Notes: generated by a model not told the origin, from the sequence alone. Positions 34,000 through 45,902 are shown, numbered from the stretch's first letter. The stretch is 64,000 nucleotides of DNA from an uncultured Nitrososphaeraceae archaeon (GCA_963837175.1 CAWIMJ010000012.1:199724-263723); one strand, 5' to 3'. Program-made: numbers and translations.

Positions 34000-34456
34000 T
34001 AATAAATATTTGAATATAATATTCACATAATTACATTTTCATTTTCTCAATAACCATATCAAAGCTCTTGAGAGGTACAATTTTAATAGTATTGTAAGGG
34101 ATATGCCTGTTTCAATGCATGTTGTGAATCTTATGATACTACCAAAGTTTTTCATCTATTGCAATCTTATGTTAAATAATAGTAGCATTAGTTACCTAAA
34201 AAATGCTTATTTCCTTACATGCTTAGTATCACTTTATCATTAATATCTCATCCCTCTATACACGGTTTAAGTTCATATTCTAAAATTGTGTCTATTGAAA
34301 TATTCTTCTTTAATTTTCTACAAGTTAGTGTGTTTATGAAAAAATTCACAATACTAAGTATCAATTATTAATAGTCCAATTGCTTATTGTGGTTTGAAAT
34401 TTACCTAGATGAGAAAAAGATAACTTATGGTTATTAAAGATAGTCAACTTTAATAA

Positions 34457-34765
34457 TTAAACCCAAGACCAGAATGGGATGTCTCGTATTCTACACTGTT
34501 TTCTAATAATACCTTTAGCTTTTTCTACAGCTTCGATCTCATTAGAGGAACTTTTGAGATATTGTAATATCAAATCTTCATATAGGCGTTTTGCACGTTC
34601 TTCAGTAAATTCTTTATACTTTTTGTTGTTGTCCTTGTCATCATCGTAACTACCTTTATAATTATTTGCATTCGATTCATTTAATCCTTTTAATTCCCCG
34701 TATTCGTTCTTACATGCACTACAGCTATCATCAAAAAAATCTATATGGATAGCACAACCTGTCAT
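34457..34765 (-). CDS. Hypothetical protein with N-terminal CxxH...CxxC
   Basis: MTGCAIH...CSAC; clean ATG-to-stop ORF. Confidence 0.6.
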   Translation of the reverse strand: MTGCAIHIDFFDDSCSACKNEYGELKGLNESNANNYKGSYDDDKDNNKKYKEFTEERAKRLYEDLILQYLKSSSNEIEAVEKAKGIIRKQCRIRDIPFWSWV

Positions 34766-35080
34766 ATTATACTCTTAAAATAGATATTTTATCCTTTAAT
34801 AGATGAAGCTAAGTAATATTATCTTGTTATCTAACAGATTTTAACATAATGACACGATCATAATAATATGGTTAATACAGCTATGACAAATAAAAATGAT
34901 TCACTTACTTTATATTCTTCAGTGACTTGTCAATTGGGTATGTTTTATAAATAGCTGTTCTTGTTTCAACATATTCTAATGTATTGAGGGTAATGAACTC
35001 ATGTATGCAAAAAAATGATTATAGAAACATCATCTATAAACAGAGTCATTCAATATGTTGTATTGTCACCAAATTCTCAA

Positions 35081-35111
<31 letters not shown>

Positions 35112-35260
35112 GCAACAATTGCTTATTTTATAGATTTATGAAAAAATCAATAAATAGCAGCATAGTGAACCACCCGTAAGTTAATAGATCAGATCTGTCA
35201 CTATATTTTCAGTATATTGTAATTATACAGAAAGATGGATATGAGTTAGGTGTAATGCTC

Positions 35261-35749
35261 CTACTCTAACTCTGCCTTTATTCTCTTTACCAAATAATCT
35301 ATTGTGACAGGCTTTTTTATAAAACATCCTACACTTATGAGTGGATACACTTCCCTTAGTGCTTGTATGTTTGTTTCTCCTGCAGTAATAAAGCAAATCC
35401 TAACGTTAACATCGAATTTTAATATCTGTGTGCATAACTCAAAGCCATTCATTTTTGGCATATTAATATCAATTAGTAATAGATCATAGAAACTTGGCTT
35501 GAAGTTTGATAGTGCTTCTAAAGGATCATTATATGTATCAACTGTAAATCCTTCATCTTCTAAACCTATACTGAATATTGAGGCGACATCAGGATCATCA
35601 TCTACAATTAGGATTATTTTGGAAAGTGGTTTTTCTTTAATAGCGGTGTCAGTAGTAGTAGTTTCATTTTGTAAAGTAGAGCCGGCGAGCAGATAACGAT
35701 TACCAATATTATTATTACTTTTATTATACATTTGCAATGACATCATCAC
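35261..35749 (-). CDS. Stand-alone response regulator receiver
   Basis: ILIVDDD, LLLIDINMPKMNG, FITA, KKP. Confidence 0.9.
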   Translation of the reverse strand: MMMSLQMYNKSNNNIGNRYLLAGSTLQNETTTTDTAIKEKPLSKIILIVDDDPDVASIFSIGLEDEGFTVDTYNDPLEALSNFKPSFYDLLLIDINMPKMNGFELCTQILKFDVNVRICFITAGETNIQALREVYPLISVGCFIKKPVTIDYLVKRIKAELE

Positions 35750-35856
35750 ATTATCCAGCGTTGGTTCACACTCATACGATGGTGTTTATTCTCTAATGTC
35801 ATATATAAGTACAGTCTAGAATCTGAAAAAATTATCTATTTGATACATATATTGAT

Positions 35857-36230
35857 CTATATTATCTCATTTACTTTTTTCATCAAATCGTCTATTCTAA
35901 TTGGCTTTCTAACAAAATTTACCTCAGAAGAAGATGCCGGGAACCTTCTCTTGAACTCCTCATGATATCCCTCACCAAATGCCGTCAAAAAGCAGACCTT
36001 TAATTTATTATCTATTTTTTTTACTTTTTCATACAACTCAAATCCATTCATATTTGGCATTTTAATATCAAGAATTAGAAGGTCATATGTTTCGGCCTTG
36101 AAAGCAGATAATGCTAATTGAGGATCTGTGAATGTATCAACTATAAATCCTTCATCTTCTAAACCTATACTGAAAACTGAAATATTGTCAGGTTCGTCGT
36201 CTACAACTAAGATCTCTTCTCTCTTTTCAT
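35857..36230 (-). CDS. Stand-alone response regulator receiver; one-base deletion near its start
   Basis: ATG 36230 overlaps the kinase stop; ILVVDDEPD...LLILDIKMPNMNG...FLTA...RKP in frame after about 36213. Confidence 0.85.
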
Positions 36231-38011
36231 TTTTGAAGACTACGGCTTTGCTCCATGTTAGATTGTTTTTCTTTCTTCTGCTGCTGTTGTTGTTGTTTTT
36301 TACTTAATGGTAAGCTAAATGTAAATGTCGCTCCTCTTTCTCCATCTAAAATATTCTCGGCCCATATTGTACCGCCATGAGCTTCGATAATACTTTTAGT
36401 GATAAAAAGACCAAGTCCAGTGCCTTTAGATGATTTTGTAGCAAACTTCATAAATAACCTTGGAAATATTTCAGGATGTATACCTTCACCGTTATCCTTT
36501 ACACTAACTACAACCTTTTGGTTGGTATTATTATTATTCTTTTCTTCTTTTGCAGTAATAGATACAATACCATCTTCGCTTAGAGTAAATTTAATTGCAT
36601 TGCTCAATAGGTTAGAAATGGCTTGAGTTATTCTTCCTCTATCTGCCTCTACTATTAAAAAGTCATTCTCCTTAGCTTTACTATACAATAACTTTACATT
36701 GCCATTTTCTTTTTCAATTTGACTTCTATAGTCCTCTACAATGCTCGTTATCAAATCGTTTAGATTGAATTGTTCTTTGTTTAGATTTAACATGTTGCTT
36801 TCTATTCTCGTAACATCTAGAATGTCACTTGTTAATCTTTGAAGTCTGATAGCATTTCTTGATATGGCCTGTATCATTTGTTCCTTTTTTTCTGGATGAC
36901 GTTGCAATAAATCTGAATATCCTAAAATAGCTTGAGTTGGTGTTTTTATTTCATGACTTGCTATATTGATAAATTCTTTTTGCATTTTATCATGATTTTT
37001 AAGTTGTTCATACAATTCTACTTGCTTCCAAAATTTTTCAAAAATTGAAACGTAAGATAAAACGGTAGGTATACTAGTTGAATAGCTTGATAATCCAATG
37101 GCCTCAACAATATCATCTTTTAAATCATCTTTTAATTCTGTTATCAAAGAAGCTTTTCTATCCGTTACCACAATAGTGCTTTTAATTTCTGATTCTAATT
37201 CTATTCGTCTGATTTCAATATTCCCTTTCGTTTCTTCTTTTTTTTGCTCTAATTTTTGTAATGTTTTCTCTATGAGATCATTCACGGGAGTCATAATCCT
37301 TACTTGTGTATCACGTTCCTCTGCTGCCTCTCTTAGTAATTCTATTACACCTATACGTTCTTCCCTAAGAAACGCATTGACTGTAGGTAATATCAATAAT
37401 ATTTCGTCTGCAGCTGATCTTATAATATCAATAAATACTTCTTTGGTTCGATATGAATCTTGAATTAGCTCAGTCATTCCTAAATTAACTCCTTCTTCAA
37501 TCTCTCTGATTCTTTGCTCAGCCGGTACTGCCTTATTCCAGAAGCTATCAAATACATATTTTTGTTGTTCTACAAAATCCTTAACATTACTATAGATAAC
37601 CTGTGGAACTGGTTTTGCTTCTTGTAAAGTTGCTGTAGCCATATATTCTGTTTCACTAATAGAAAAATTTGCTTTAATTCCATCTAAGTGGCGAATCTCA
37701 TATCCAAATTTGATTAGCTCTTTACAATAATGGACATTTTCTTTTGTAATATCAGTAATATATCTTAATTTAATATGTCGGGTTCTAAGGTCAAATAATA
37801 ATTTCTTATATTCTTGGACTTCAATTGCTACTGAAGGGCCTTTATAATCGGTACAAGAGTTTATCCTAGTAGCTTTAGTTAAAAATTGTAATATTACATT
37901 CATTACATTTTCTGGATCATATAAAATCTCTGTCTTTTCAGAGCCACTATTATGATAAATTGTCAAACTATACAATATAAATATGACACAAATATATAAG
38001 GCAAATTGCAA
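36227..38011 (-). CDS. Cytoplasmic sensor histidine kinase (HisKA + HATPase)
   Basis: EFINIASHEIKTP H-box, NLLSNAIKF, DNGEG, GTGLGL; start uncertain. Confidence 0.93.
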   Translation of the reverse strand: MQFALYICVIFILYSLTIYHNSGSEKTEILYDPENVMNVILQFLTKATRINSCTDYKGPSVAIEVQEYKKLLFDLRTRHIKLRYITDITKENVHYCKELIKFGYEIRHLDGIKANFSISETEYMATATLQEAKPVPQVIYSNVKDFVEQQKYVFDSFWNKAVPAEQRIREIEEGVNLGMTELIQDSYRTKEVFIDIIRSAADEILLILPTVNAFLREERIGVIELLREAAEERDTQVRIMTPVNDLIEKTLQKLEQKKEETKGNIEIRRIELESEIKSTIVVTDRKASLITELKDDLKDDIVEAIGLSSYSTSIPTVLSYVSIFEKFWKQVELYEQLKNHDKMQKEFINIASHEIKTPTQAILGYSDLLQRHPEKKEQMIQAISRNAIRLQRLTSDILDVTRIESNMLNLNKEQFNLNDLITSIVEDYRSQIEKENGNVKLLYSKAKENDFLIVEADRGRITQAISNLLSNAIKFTLSEDGIVSITAKEEKNNNNTNQKVVVSVKDNGEGIHPEIFPRLFMKFATKSSKGTGLGLFITKSIIEAHGGTIWAENILDGERGATFTFSLPLSKKQQQQQQKKEKQSNMEQSRSLQK

Positions 38012-38280
38012 TCATAGCAAGAATAAAATTATTCGGAGTTTGTTTGTTTGAAAAAACACAAAGACGGTTAATGTCAATGAGCGAAATTTAAGACACAGAT
38101 TTAACTCGATTTTGCAACATGCATTCTATACCGCAGACTCTATGTTACGGCTTCCTATGCTAATAGTATATAGATATATTAATATATATATCGCATGCTT
38201 GATATCTATTTGAAAAGGATCAACAGATGACCATGGTAAACTAACAACGAATTATAAAGAGGAAAAGAGATCTATCTATA

Positions 38281-39306
38281 ATGCGTGCTGCAGTTGTTCC
38301 ATGAGTTAATGGGAGATGGGAAGTTAAAGAGATTCCAACTCCAAAACCATCTACCAATCAAGTTCTAATAAAGATACATGCAAGTGGTATTTGCTATACT
38401 AATGTACATATAACTCATGGCATACTTGGGGTAGACTTTCCAAAGACTATTGGACATGAACCTGCTGGTGAAATTGTCGAATTAGGAGAGGGAGTTACTA
38501 ACCGTAAAATTGGTGACAGAGTAAGAGTCCCGTGGCTACAAACTACATGTGGTAGGTGCGAATGGTGTCAGCGTGGCAAATCTATATTTTGCCAAAAACA
38601 GATAGGAACTGGGGTTAATATTCAAGGTAGCCATGCTGAGTATATGGTAGCATATGCTGACTCAACGCAATTACTGCCAGATGGCTTGTTATATGAACAG
38701 GCTGCTCCTATATTTTGTGCTGGTTATACTGTCTATAGTGGATTACGATTTGCTGATCCAAAACCACATGAACGTATAGCTGTAGTAGGTATTGGTGGTT
38801 TGGGACACTTAGCAATACAGTATTCAAAGGCAGCAGGATTTGAAACAATTGCTTTAAGTCATTCAAAAGATAAGGAAGAATTAGCATACAAGCTTGGAGC
38901 TGATATTGTAGTTAGAAATGGAGAAGAATTGAAGAATATTGGAAGTAGCGGAGGAGGAGAAGATGGTGGTGGTGGTGGTGGTGCAGACGTAATACTTGCT
39001 ACAAGTAATTCTTATAAAACCATCGGAGATTCTCTGAATGGTTTGAGACCAGACGGACGCATGATTCTCATGGGAGTATCAACAACTGAGCCACTTATAG
39101 TATCACCAGATCTTATATTCAGACGTGGTCGAATTATTGGTTCTATGCAAAATGACCGTGAATATCTCTATGAAGCATTAGATTATGTAGCAAAGGGCAA
39201 AGTCAGAGTTATTACAGAGACATTTACTTTAGACGATATTAGTAATGCCTATGATATGGTAGCTAATGGAAAAGTAAGATTCAGAGCTGTGATTAAGAAT
39301 GAGTAA
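38281..39306 (+). pseudogene. Zinc-dependent alcohol dehydrogenase with in-frame TGA at codon 8
   Basis: ATG 38281 MRAAVVP*VNGRW...GICYT...GHEPAG...CGRCEWC...C is in frame with ORF 38644-39306 (GIGGLG). Confidence 0.85.
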
Positions 39307-39412
39307 TATCAAATAAGTAAAAGTGTTATCATCAAGGGTTATTCAGTAAATGTATAACAGATTTGTAACAATATATTTTTATAATTTATGTGTATGTATT
39401 ATATAATCTATA

Positions 39413-39535
39413 ATGTCTTCAAGTGAAATTATAAGATGCAAAGAATGCGGACAAGAGTTTGATACAATAGATGCTCTTAAAGAGCATGAGAAATCAGAAC
39501 AAGAAGATAAAGAACTTCAAAACAAAGGACTTTGA
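39413..39535 (+). CDS. 40-aa zinc-finger microprotein (not in ORF track)
   Basis: MSSSEIIRCKECGQEFDTIDALKEHEKSEQEDKELQNKGL; TTTTATAA TATA-like element upstream. Confidence 0.7.
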   Translation: MSSSEIIRCKECGQEFDTIDALKEHEKSEQEDKELQNKGL

Positions 39536-39685
39536 CGACAGCTTCGGAATCTGTGGTACATAGTAATTTTCACCTAATTTTGAAACTTTGGGTATACATT
39601 TAATGAGACTATTGTATCCTCTCAACCCCCTCTCTTTTTGGTTTAATATTATTTATATCCATCTAGGGACCCGTATATTATATGA

Positions 39686-39943
39686 ATGGCTAAGGAAGGA
39701 AATGATGAAAATAGTATTCTTCACAAGATAATAGAATCTTGGAATAGTTTTGAGTATAGCCTTAAGGGAAGAAGACAGAATTGTATTCAACAAGATGTTA
39801 ATGAATGTCAAAAAGAAGAATACACTAAAGCGTTCAACACTAAAGACGAATACAACTCTACTGAATCCCTGTTTATGGCTTTGATATTTAAGCAGCAGAA
39901 AATGGGTAGTCAATTAATTGATAAACTTTCAGAATACAAATAA
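39686..39943 (+). CDS. Small helical protein (arCOG07300-like), paralog of 62415-62786, with two compensating indels
   Basis: IESWNSFEYSL...(alternate frame REEDRIVFNKML)...ESLFMALIFKQQKM aligns by eye with the 62.4-kb ORF. Confidence 0.6.
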   Translation: MAKEGNDENSILHKIIESWNSFEYSLKGRRQNCIQQDVNECQKEEYTKAFNTKDEYNSTESLFMALIFKQQKMGSQLIDKLSEYK

Positions 39944-40239
39944 AGCGAATCAAAAAAGTAATTTAGTCAATGTAACAGGACTTACTTTCTGTCCATAAGT
40001 TAATATTTTATATGCTTAAAATAAACATTTCCTTTTATTAGAGTCAGGAATTTCAAATTAATTTATTTCAGTAGCCATTATGAATTATATATCTATCTTG
40101 GTTAATTTTGAATATAGATTATAAAGAAATCTTGAGCTTACATTAAGAAAATGTATAAGGACACCAAAATAACACAAATGAAGAGAAAAACAACTCCTCA
40201 CCACTCCACAAGAAGAAGTTGCAAAGATATGGCAAAGGT

Positions 40240-41251
40240 ATGAATAACAAAAAAAGACTATATTATTATTCAAAGCATAAAAGTACAATAGCAGGTTATG
40301 TAGTGGCGATTCTTTCAGCTGCATTTTTTGGTTCTGTTTCTACAATTGCAAAACCAATAGTATCAATTATTGATCCATTATTTCTATCTTCGCTTGTATA
40401 TTTAGTAGCTGGATTAGTATTAACTTTGCTATCAAAATTAAATAGCAGTTCTTTAACTTCCTGGCTTCCTTCTAAAAGTGCTTCTACTTCTTTTCATTTT
40501 GCTGCTTCTTTAAGTATTCCTCATATAAACAGGAATGACTATCCATATATATTTACAGTAGCAATACTAGGCGCTGCTATAGCACCGGCATTGTATTTTT
40601 TAGGATTACAAAACACAAGTGCATCAGATGCCGCTCTTTTAGTAAATGGAGAGATAATCTTTTCTATCATATTTGCTCTTTTTATTTTCAAAAATGAAAG
40701 GCTCAAAGCAACTGAATATATGTCAATGATACTTGTTATAATAGGATAATTGTTGTTACTACGAATCTGCAGTTTGACAAATCATCATTATCAAAAGTAA
40801 ATTATGGCGATATTCTTATTATAGGAGCACTATATTATGGGCTACAGATAATAATATAAGCAAAGTTATTACTCAACGTGTAGATATTATAAAGATAATC
40901 CAGCTAAAATCAGTTGTTGGTGGCTCTATTCTTCTTGCCTTTTCCATTTTGACTCTAAATGTTCCACTTCTGATTAATTTGTCCCAAATACCGTATATTA
41001 TCCTGCTTGGCATTTTTGGTTTTGCAGTATCATTATATTTTTTTCTTTATAGCCTAAAGATGTTAGGCACAATAAGGACTATTATTATATTTTCAATGTC
41101 TTCTGAATTTGGTCTTATTTTCGCTTTTATTTTTTTAAATGAATCTATAAGTACATATCAAATAATTGCTGTTATAGCTATGCTAGCAGGTATTTACACT
41201 GTTAACAGGAAAAATGGTAATCGTGAAAAACAAGAAAAAAATACACATTAG
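40240..41251 (+). CDS. EamA/DMT family transporter, interrupted by frameshifts at about 40745-40850
   Basis: SAAFFGSVSTIAK, GAAIAPALYFLGL..TSAS...NERL; second EamA repeat in ORF 40949-41251. Confidence 0.85.
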
Positions 41252-41275
41252 ATTATTGTAATAAATATGATGCTA

Positions 41276-41935
41276 TCATGCATTATCTTTTCTTTTTCTC
41301 TTTGAACGTCTTCCTCTTCGTAACATAAATACTAATACTATCGTAATAGCAACTGGTAACATTATTACCACAATAATTCTGCTAATTGAGACTCCACTGT
41401 CATCACTGCCAACTGTAGATGATGTAGGAAAAGGATTTAAGATACTGGGGGAAGATTGGTGAGGAACAAATACATTAAAAGCTGCCAAAGTTAGAATAGA
41501 TGTTTCTTTACTTATCCTTGTTACTATCTGATGGGTACCATCATCTGGAAATATATATTTAACAGAGAAGTCACCATCTGCAACTGTAATATTTTCAAAT
41601 TTGAATAGCCTTTGCCCATTCGTTACCACAACTCTTGCCATGAAGTCTTTTAAATGCTCACTTGAAGTTAAATTCAATACACTAAATTTTAATTCAGTAA
41701 AAGTATCAATAATTGGCTTTTCTGGCTCATATGTAAATAAGATCTTAATTCCATCTCTTTGGCTTATCCACTGTTGAGTTCTATTATTATCAATAGATAA
41801 ATGAGCGTAAGCGTAATAATTTTGTAAGGAGGAAGTGATTGTTGTAGTTGAAGTTAAAAAACACATGGCTATGAGAGTATCAACAATTAGCAAAGCAATA
41901 CACAATATTTGAAATACCGATAAGAATCTAGACAA
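41276..41935 (-). CDS. Exported protein with Ig-like (YtkA-like) domain and C-terminal TM anchor
   Basis: Signal ending YAYA-H; FTYEPEKP...YIFPDDGTHQI; C-terminal TM plus basic tail. Confidence 0.65.
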   Translation of the reverse strand: MSRFLSVFQILCIALLIVDTLIAMCFLTSTTTITSSLQNYYAYAHLSIDNNRTQQWISQRDGIKILFTYEPEKPIIDTFTELKFSVLNLTSSEHLKDFMARVVVTNGQRLFKFENITVADGDFSVKYIFPDDGTHQIVTRISKETSILTLAAFNVFVPHQSSPSILNPFPTSSTVGSDDSGVSISRIIVVIMLPVAITIVLVFMLRRGRRSKRKRKDNA

Positions 41936-42413
41936 TATATATATTATTATTTATTCAAACTTAATATAAATGAAAAAAATTTCTTCTGCTATTTATTTAG
42001 TAAAGTGTACAAGTTATTATTATAATCTATTTGCCAATGTTCATCTAACAAACTTGATAATGATCCTTTTACTAATTCATTTATTGCAACATCGACATTA
42101 AGGCCCATCTAGTATTGAGTGTAAGAAATAACGCTCATTTTTATTATATGTTATTATTGTTATTCACATCATCAGAAAATTAAAAAGTTAAAGAAGAAGA
42201 ATGCAGAATATCAACAGTAACGCTTGTAACTCATAGAAGAAGAAACCAAAGGATTTCGTGCTTTATTATGATAGATACGAATGGTATTCTTTGCTTAATG
42301 CAAAAGATCTTTCAAATTTTGCAGCAGTGGACCTGCTTATACAAAGTGTATAGAAACAAGCAAAATTTAAAGAGGGTCCATATTGTTATATAGAATCTCA
42401 GATATATTAAAAC

Positions 42414-42839
42414 ATGAACCAAGGTAAAGATGACGAGGCGCACATAACAGAACCTATTGCTAAACTTATCGAAGGGAAAAATTTCGCTTTTATCTCTACA
42501 CTAATGAAAGATGGCTCACCACAAGTTACTCCTACGTGGATAGACATGGAGAATAGAAATATTCTTTTAATAAATACTGCGGAAGGAAGATTAAAACACA
42601 AGAACGTATCAAGAGATCCAAGGATAGCAATTTCAGTAATTGAACATAATAATCCATATCACATGGCAGCGATTAGAGGTAGAGTTGTAGAGCAAACAAA
42701 CGCAGGTGCCGATGCTAATATTGACAAACTTGCAAAAAAATACCTTGGCGTAGAAAAGTACCCTGGACGTGCTCCTGGAGAGAAAAGGATTCTTTTAAAG
42801 ATAAGACCAGAAAAAGTATTCTATCAACCTCCAAGATAA
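42414..42839 (+). CDS. PPOX-class F420-dependent oxidoreductase (Rv1155/Rv2074-like)
   Basis: STLMKDGSPQVTPTW...NTAEGRLKHKNVSRDPRIA...IDKLAKKYLG. Confidence 0.9.
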   Translation: MNQGKDDEAHITEPIAKLIEGKNFAFISTLMKDGSPQVTPTWIDMENRNILLINTAEGRLKHKNVSRDPRIAISVIEHNNPYHMAAIRGRVVEQTNAGADANIDKLAKKYLGVEKYPGRAPGEKRILLKIRPEKVFYQPPR

Positions 42840-42953
42840 GTGATCATTGCCACATTCAAAATAATAGGAGGCAATATACTATTAACAAGTCAGACTAAGT
42901 TGTTGCTATTTTTTATTCCTTTTAATAGAGACTTCATCATAAATTTAATTGCA

Positions 42954-43934
42954 GTGACAAGGAAGAATATAGTAGTAAGATTTGGATGTTATATTTATCA
43001 AGAAGGCTTAGAATATAATGAGATTAAAGACATTGTTATAGAATGTGAAAGATTGGGCTTTTATTCCGTATGGCTTAAAGATAATTTTATTCCTTGGACT
43101 CGATCTTATATCTTAGGCCAGAAAGAGACAAACAATCAAAATCAAAGAGAACCTATGCTGGAGTGCTGGACAACTTTATCTTCCCTTGCATCTATAACTA
43201 AAAGAATAAGGCTGGGGGCAATCCTTGTCAATACTTATAGATCTCCATCTATTCTGGCAAAAATGTTGTCTACTTTAGATATAATAAGTAATGGAAGAAT
43301 AGAATTTGGATTGAGTGCTGGCTGGTATCAAAGGGAATTCTCATCATATGGTTTTAGCTTTCCAAAAGGTTCTGTTAGGGTAGAAATGCTAGAGGAAAAT
43401 ATCAAAATAATAAAGAAAATGTTAACAGAATCTTGCCCTTCTTTCAAAGGTAAATATTATAGTATAGAAAATGCTATTTGCAATCCAAAACCAATACAGA
43501 AACCGCATCCTCCTATCTGGATCGGTGGTGGAGGTAAAAAGACTCTGGAACTTGTTGCAAAGCATGCCAATGCGTGGAACTATGGACTTTGTAGCTACAA
43601 AGAATATTTGGAAAAACTATCATATCTTGAGCATTACTGTAAGATAAATAATAGAAATTACGAAGAGCTGATCAAAGGCTGGCAAGGTGTCATTCTCCTT
43701 GGTAAATATAAAGAGGAGCTAAAGAATAAGATGACAAAAAATGTTCTAACTGAAGAAGTATGGAAGAGTTCAGACCTACTCATATTGGGAACACCTGAGA
43801 AGATATTAAAAGAAATATCAATGTATATAGATATAGGTGTAAGATACTTTATCATACATTTTCCAGATTTGCCTGATATTAGATCATTAGATCTATTTGC
43901 AAAACATATTGTTCAACATTATTGTACTCTATAG
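42954..43934 (+). CDS. LLM-class oxidoreductase, probably F420-dependent
   Basis: ECWTTLSSLA, YRSPSILAKM, GRIEFGLSAGW, PKPIQKPHPPIWIGGGG; GTG 42954 is the likely start. Confidence 0.9.
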   Translation: MTRKNIVVRFGCYIYQEGLEYNEIKDIVIECERLGFYSVWLKDNFIPWTRSYILGQKETNNQNQREPMLECWTTLSSLASITKRIRLGAILVNTYRSPSILAKMLSTLDIISNGRIEFGLSAGWYQREFSSYGFSFPKGSVRVEMLEENIKIIKKMLTESCPSFKGKYYSIENAICNPKPIQKPHPPIWIGGGGKKTLELVAKHANAWNYGLCSYKEYLEKLSYLEHYCKINNRNYEELIKGWQGVILLGKYKEELKNKMTKNVLTEEVWKSSDLLILGTPEKILKEISMYIDIGVRYFIIHFPDLPDIRSLDLFAKHIVQHYCTL

Positions 43935-44547
43935 TATAGATACATTTGATTTGTCTCTCGATGGAGATATGTCTAAAAGACATACGACAAACAGAATTTA
44001 AAGTAGACGAGATCCCTTCTAAATTGTCTTGTCACAACATCATTAGGTAACTAGAAGTTCAAAGAAATAATTGAAGAGTTGACTATTGTATCGATATTGA
44101 CAATTAGGTCTGACGTATTACATAATGAGCAATTTGAACAAATGCTAGATTCTAAAATATTTAAGGTAACATTCACGATAAGGATGAAATTGATAACGAG
44201 AAGAGTAACATATGCCTGAAAATTGATAACTTTATTCTTTCACAGCTGATGATCTGGAAGTAATATTCAACCTGTGTTGCATGGAAATGGTTTATGCTCT
44301 GGCGAAGTCTTCTCCACCCTCTCTAGTAGGTGCTTCAACTTATGCCCTTATCAATCATAAGGGCATAGATATTAGGACAAGTTATAAACAAATAGTTACT
44401 TGATGGAATAATTGCAATTGTGTTTGGATTATTCTTTAGGATATTGTTATTTTATATATCTATTGAAAAAATAAGTAAGGGTATTGAATGTATGCGTAAC
44501 CATAAATTACTAATAATCATTAAAAATTAATGAGTTAAGAAGAAAAA

Positions 44548-44989
44548 ATGTATAAAATTCTTGATAATCTTGCGTACCCATGGTATCGCATATGATAATG
44601 ATGATGATAATAATAGATATACTATATTCAAAGATTCAGTTTCAGAACAAGAAATCCTAACCTTCTCTGAAAAAAAGATGAAGATGGAAATAAGTGGTTG
44701 ATTATTGACGCTCGAATTCTAAGTGACTATGAAGTAAATGATATAGATAATTATTTAGCTCTAATAGATGCTGCCTTCACATACTTTAGACTAAAATCAT
44801 AGTGTTGTTATTTGTTGTGGAGCAGATATATCAAGAAGTAATGCTATAGCATTAGGAGTATTAATGAAGCATTTTCATATGGATTTCTATGATGCACTAG
44901 ATTTAATAGAAGAAAAAGTTCCTATATGTAATATAGATCCATTACACATTACAGTATTAAAAAAGATATTTAGTCTGACTTTGCCTTAA
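44548..44989 (+). pseudogene. Dual-specificity (CX5R) protein phosphatase, disrupted; not in ORF track
   Basis: ATG 44548 MYKILDNL...; frame-2 segment VVICCGADISRSNAIALGVLMKHFHMDFYDALDLIEEKVP ends at TAA 44989; about three frameshifts and one in-frame TAA. Confidence 0.7.
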
Positions 44990-45191
44990 TTAATTGGCTT
45001 TTCGATTCAAATAATGCAATATTGAAAACTCTTGTTTTTCATTTGCAGCAGTAGTGAAAGAAGGAGGAGGTAGTGGAGATATTTATCTAATACTATAAGA
45101 ACAGAGCGATTTTTATTGATTTTATTATTTCTTGACTTAATACTGACGTAACCTTAACTAACTAGAGGATTCAATTATTTATAGTAAAAAA

Positions 45192-45902
45192 ATGTCAGTG
45201 GTTGATTCAGAAACACTGGTAGCTCAAACACAAGACAGATTATGGAGGGCACTACAAAGACGTTATCAATATGATTCATCTTTAAAAGATAGTCAAGGTT
45301 TTCTTCTTAGTCATATAAATTCAAAGATTTCACTTGTGATTATGTATGCAGATTTAGTTGGTTCAACTAATATGAGCATGACTTTACCTGTAGATAAATT
45401 TGTCACAATAATCAGAGCCTTTACATATGAAATGACTTCTATTGTGCGAAGTTATGATGGTTATGTGTTAAAGTACGTAGGTGATGCTGTGATTGCTTTT
45501 TTTCCATCTGGCTACAATAAATTACTCGCCTGTGATAAAGCAGTCCAATGCGCAAAATCCATGATAACTGTAATTAAAAATGGAATTAATCCTATATTAA
45601 ATCAATATGATTATCCAGAACTCAGTGTTAAAATAGGTATCGATGAAGGTGAGAATGTAATTGTACAGTATGGACAAGATAAAAGCTCTTTAATTGACAT
45701 TCTAGGATATAGTATGAGTATATGTTCAAAAATAACTTCTTTAACTAATCCAAACAAAATTACAATAGGTGAAGATATTAATGATATATTGCATCCAGAA
45801 ATTAGAAGTAAATTTACAGAAGTTAAATATGATATTGGCAGCTGGAAATATTCAGATAAGCAGACAGGTCAACTTTACAAACTTTACACGCTACAAGACT
45901 AA
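45192..45902 (+). CDS. Class III adenylate/guanylate cyclase, catalytic domain only
   Basis: MYADLVGST, LKYVGDAVIA, KIGIDEG, DILG. Confidence 0.92.
   Translation: MSVVDSETLVAQTQDRLWRALQRRYQYDSSLKDSQGFLLSHINSKISLVIMYADLVGSTNMSMTLPVDKFVTIIRAFTYEMTSIVRSYDGYVLKYVGDAVIAFFPSGYNKLLACDKAVQCAKSMITVIKNGINPILNQYDYPELSVKIGIDEGENVIVQYGQDKSSLIDILGYSMSICSKITSLTNPNKITIGEDINDILHPEIRSKFTEVKYDIGSWKYSDKQTGQLYKLYTLQD

Noticed and set aside
38302-38304. In-frame TGA in the ADH gene as selenocysteine or read-through
   Set aside because: The position is not a Cys ligand site and GGA to TGA is one substitution. Other conserved residues also look decayed (TN for TD, RVRV for RVGV), so a nonsense mutation is simpler.
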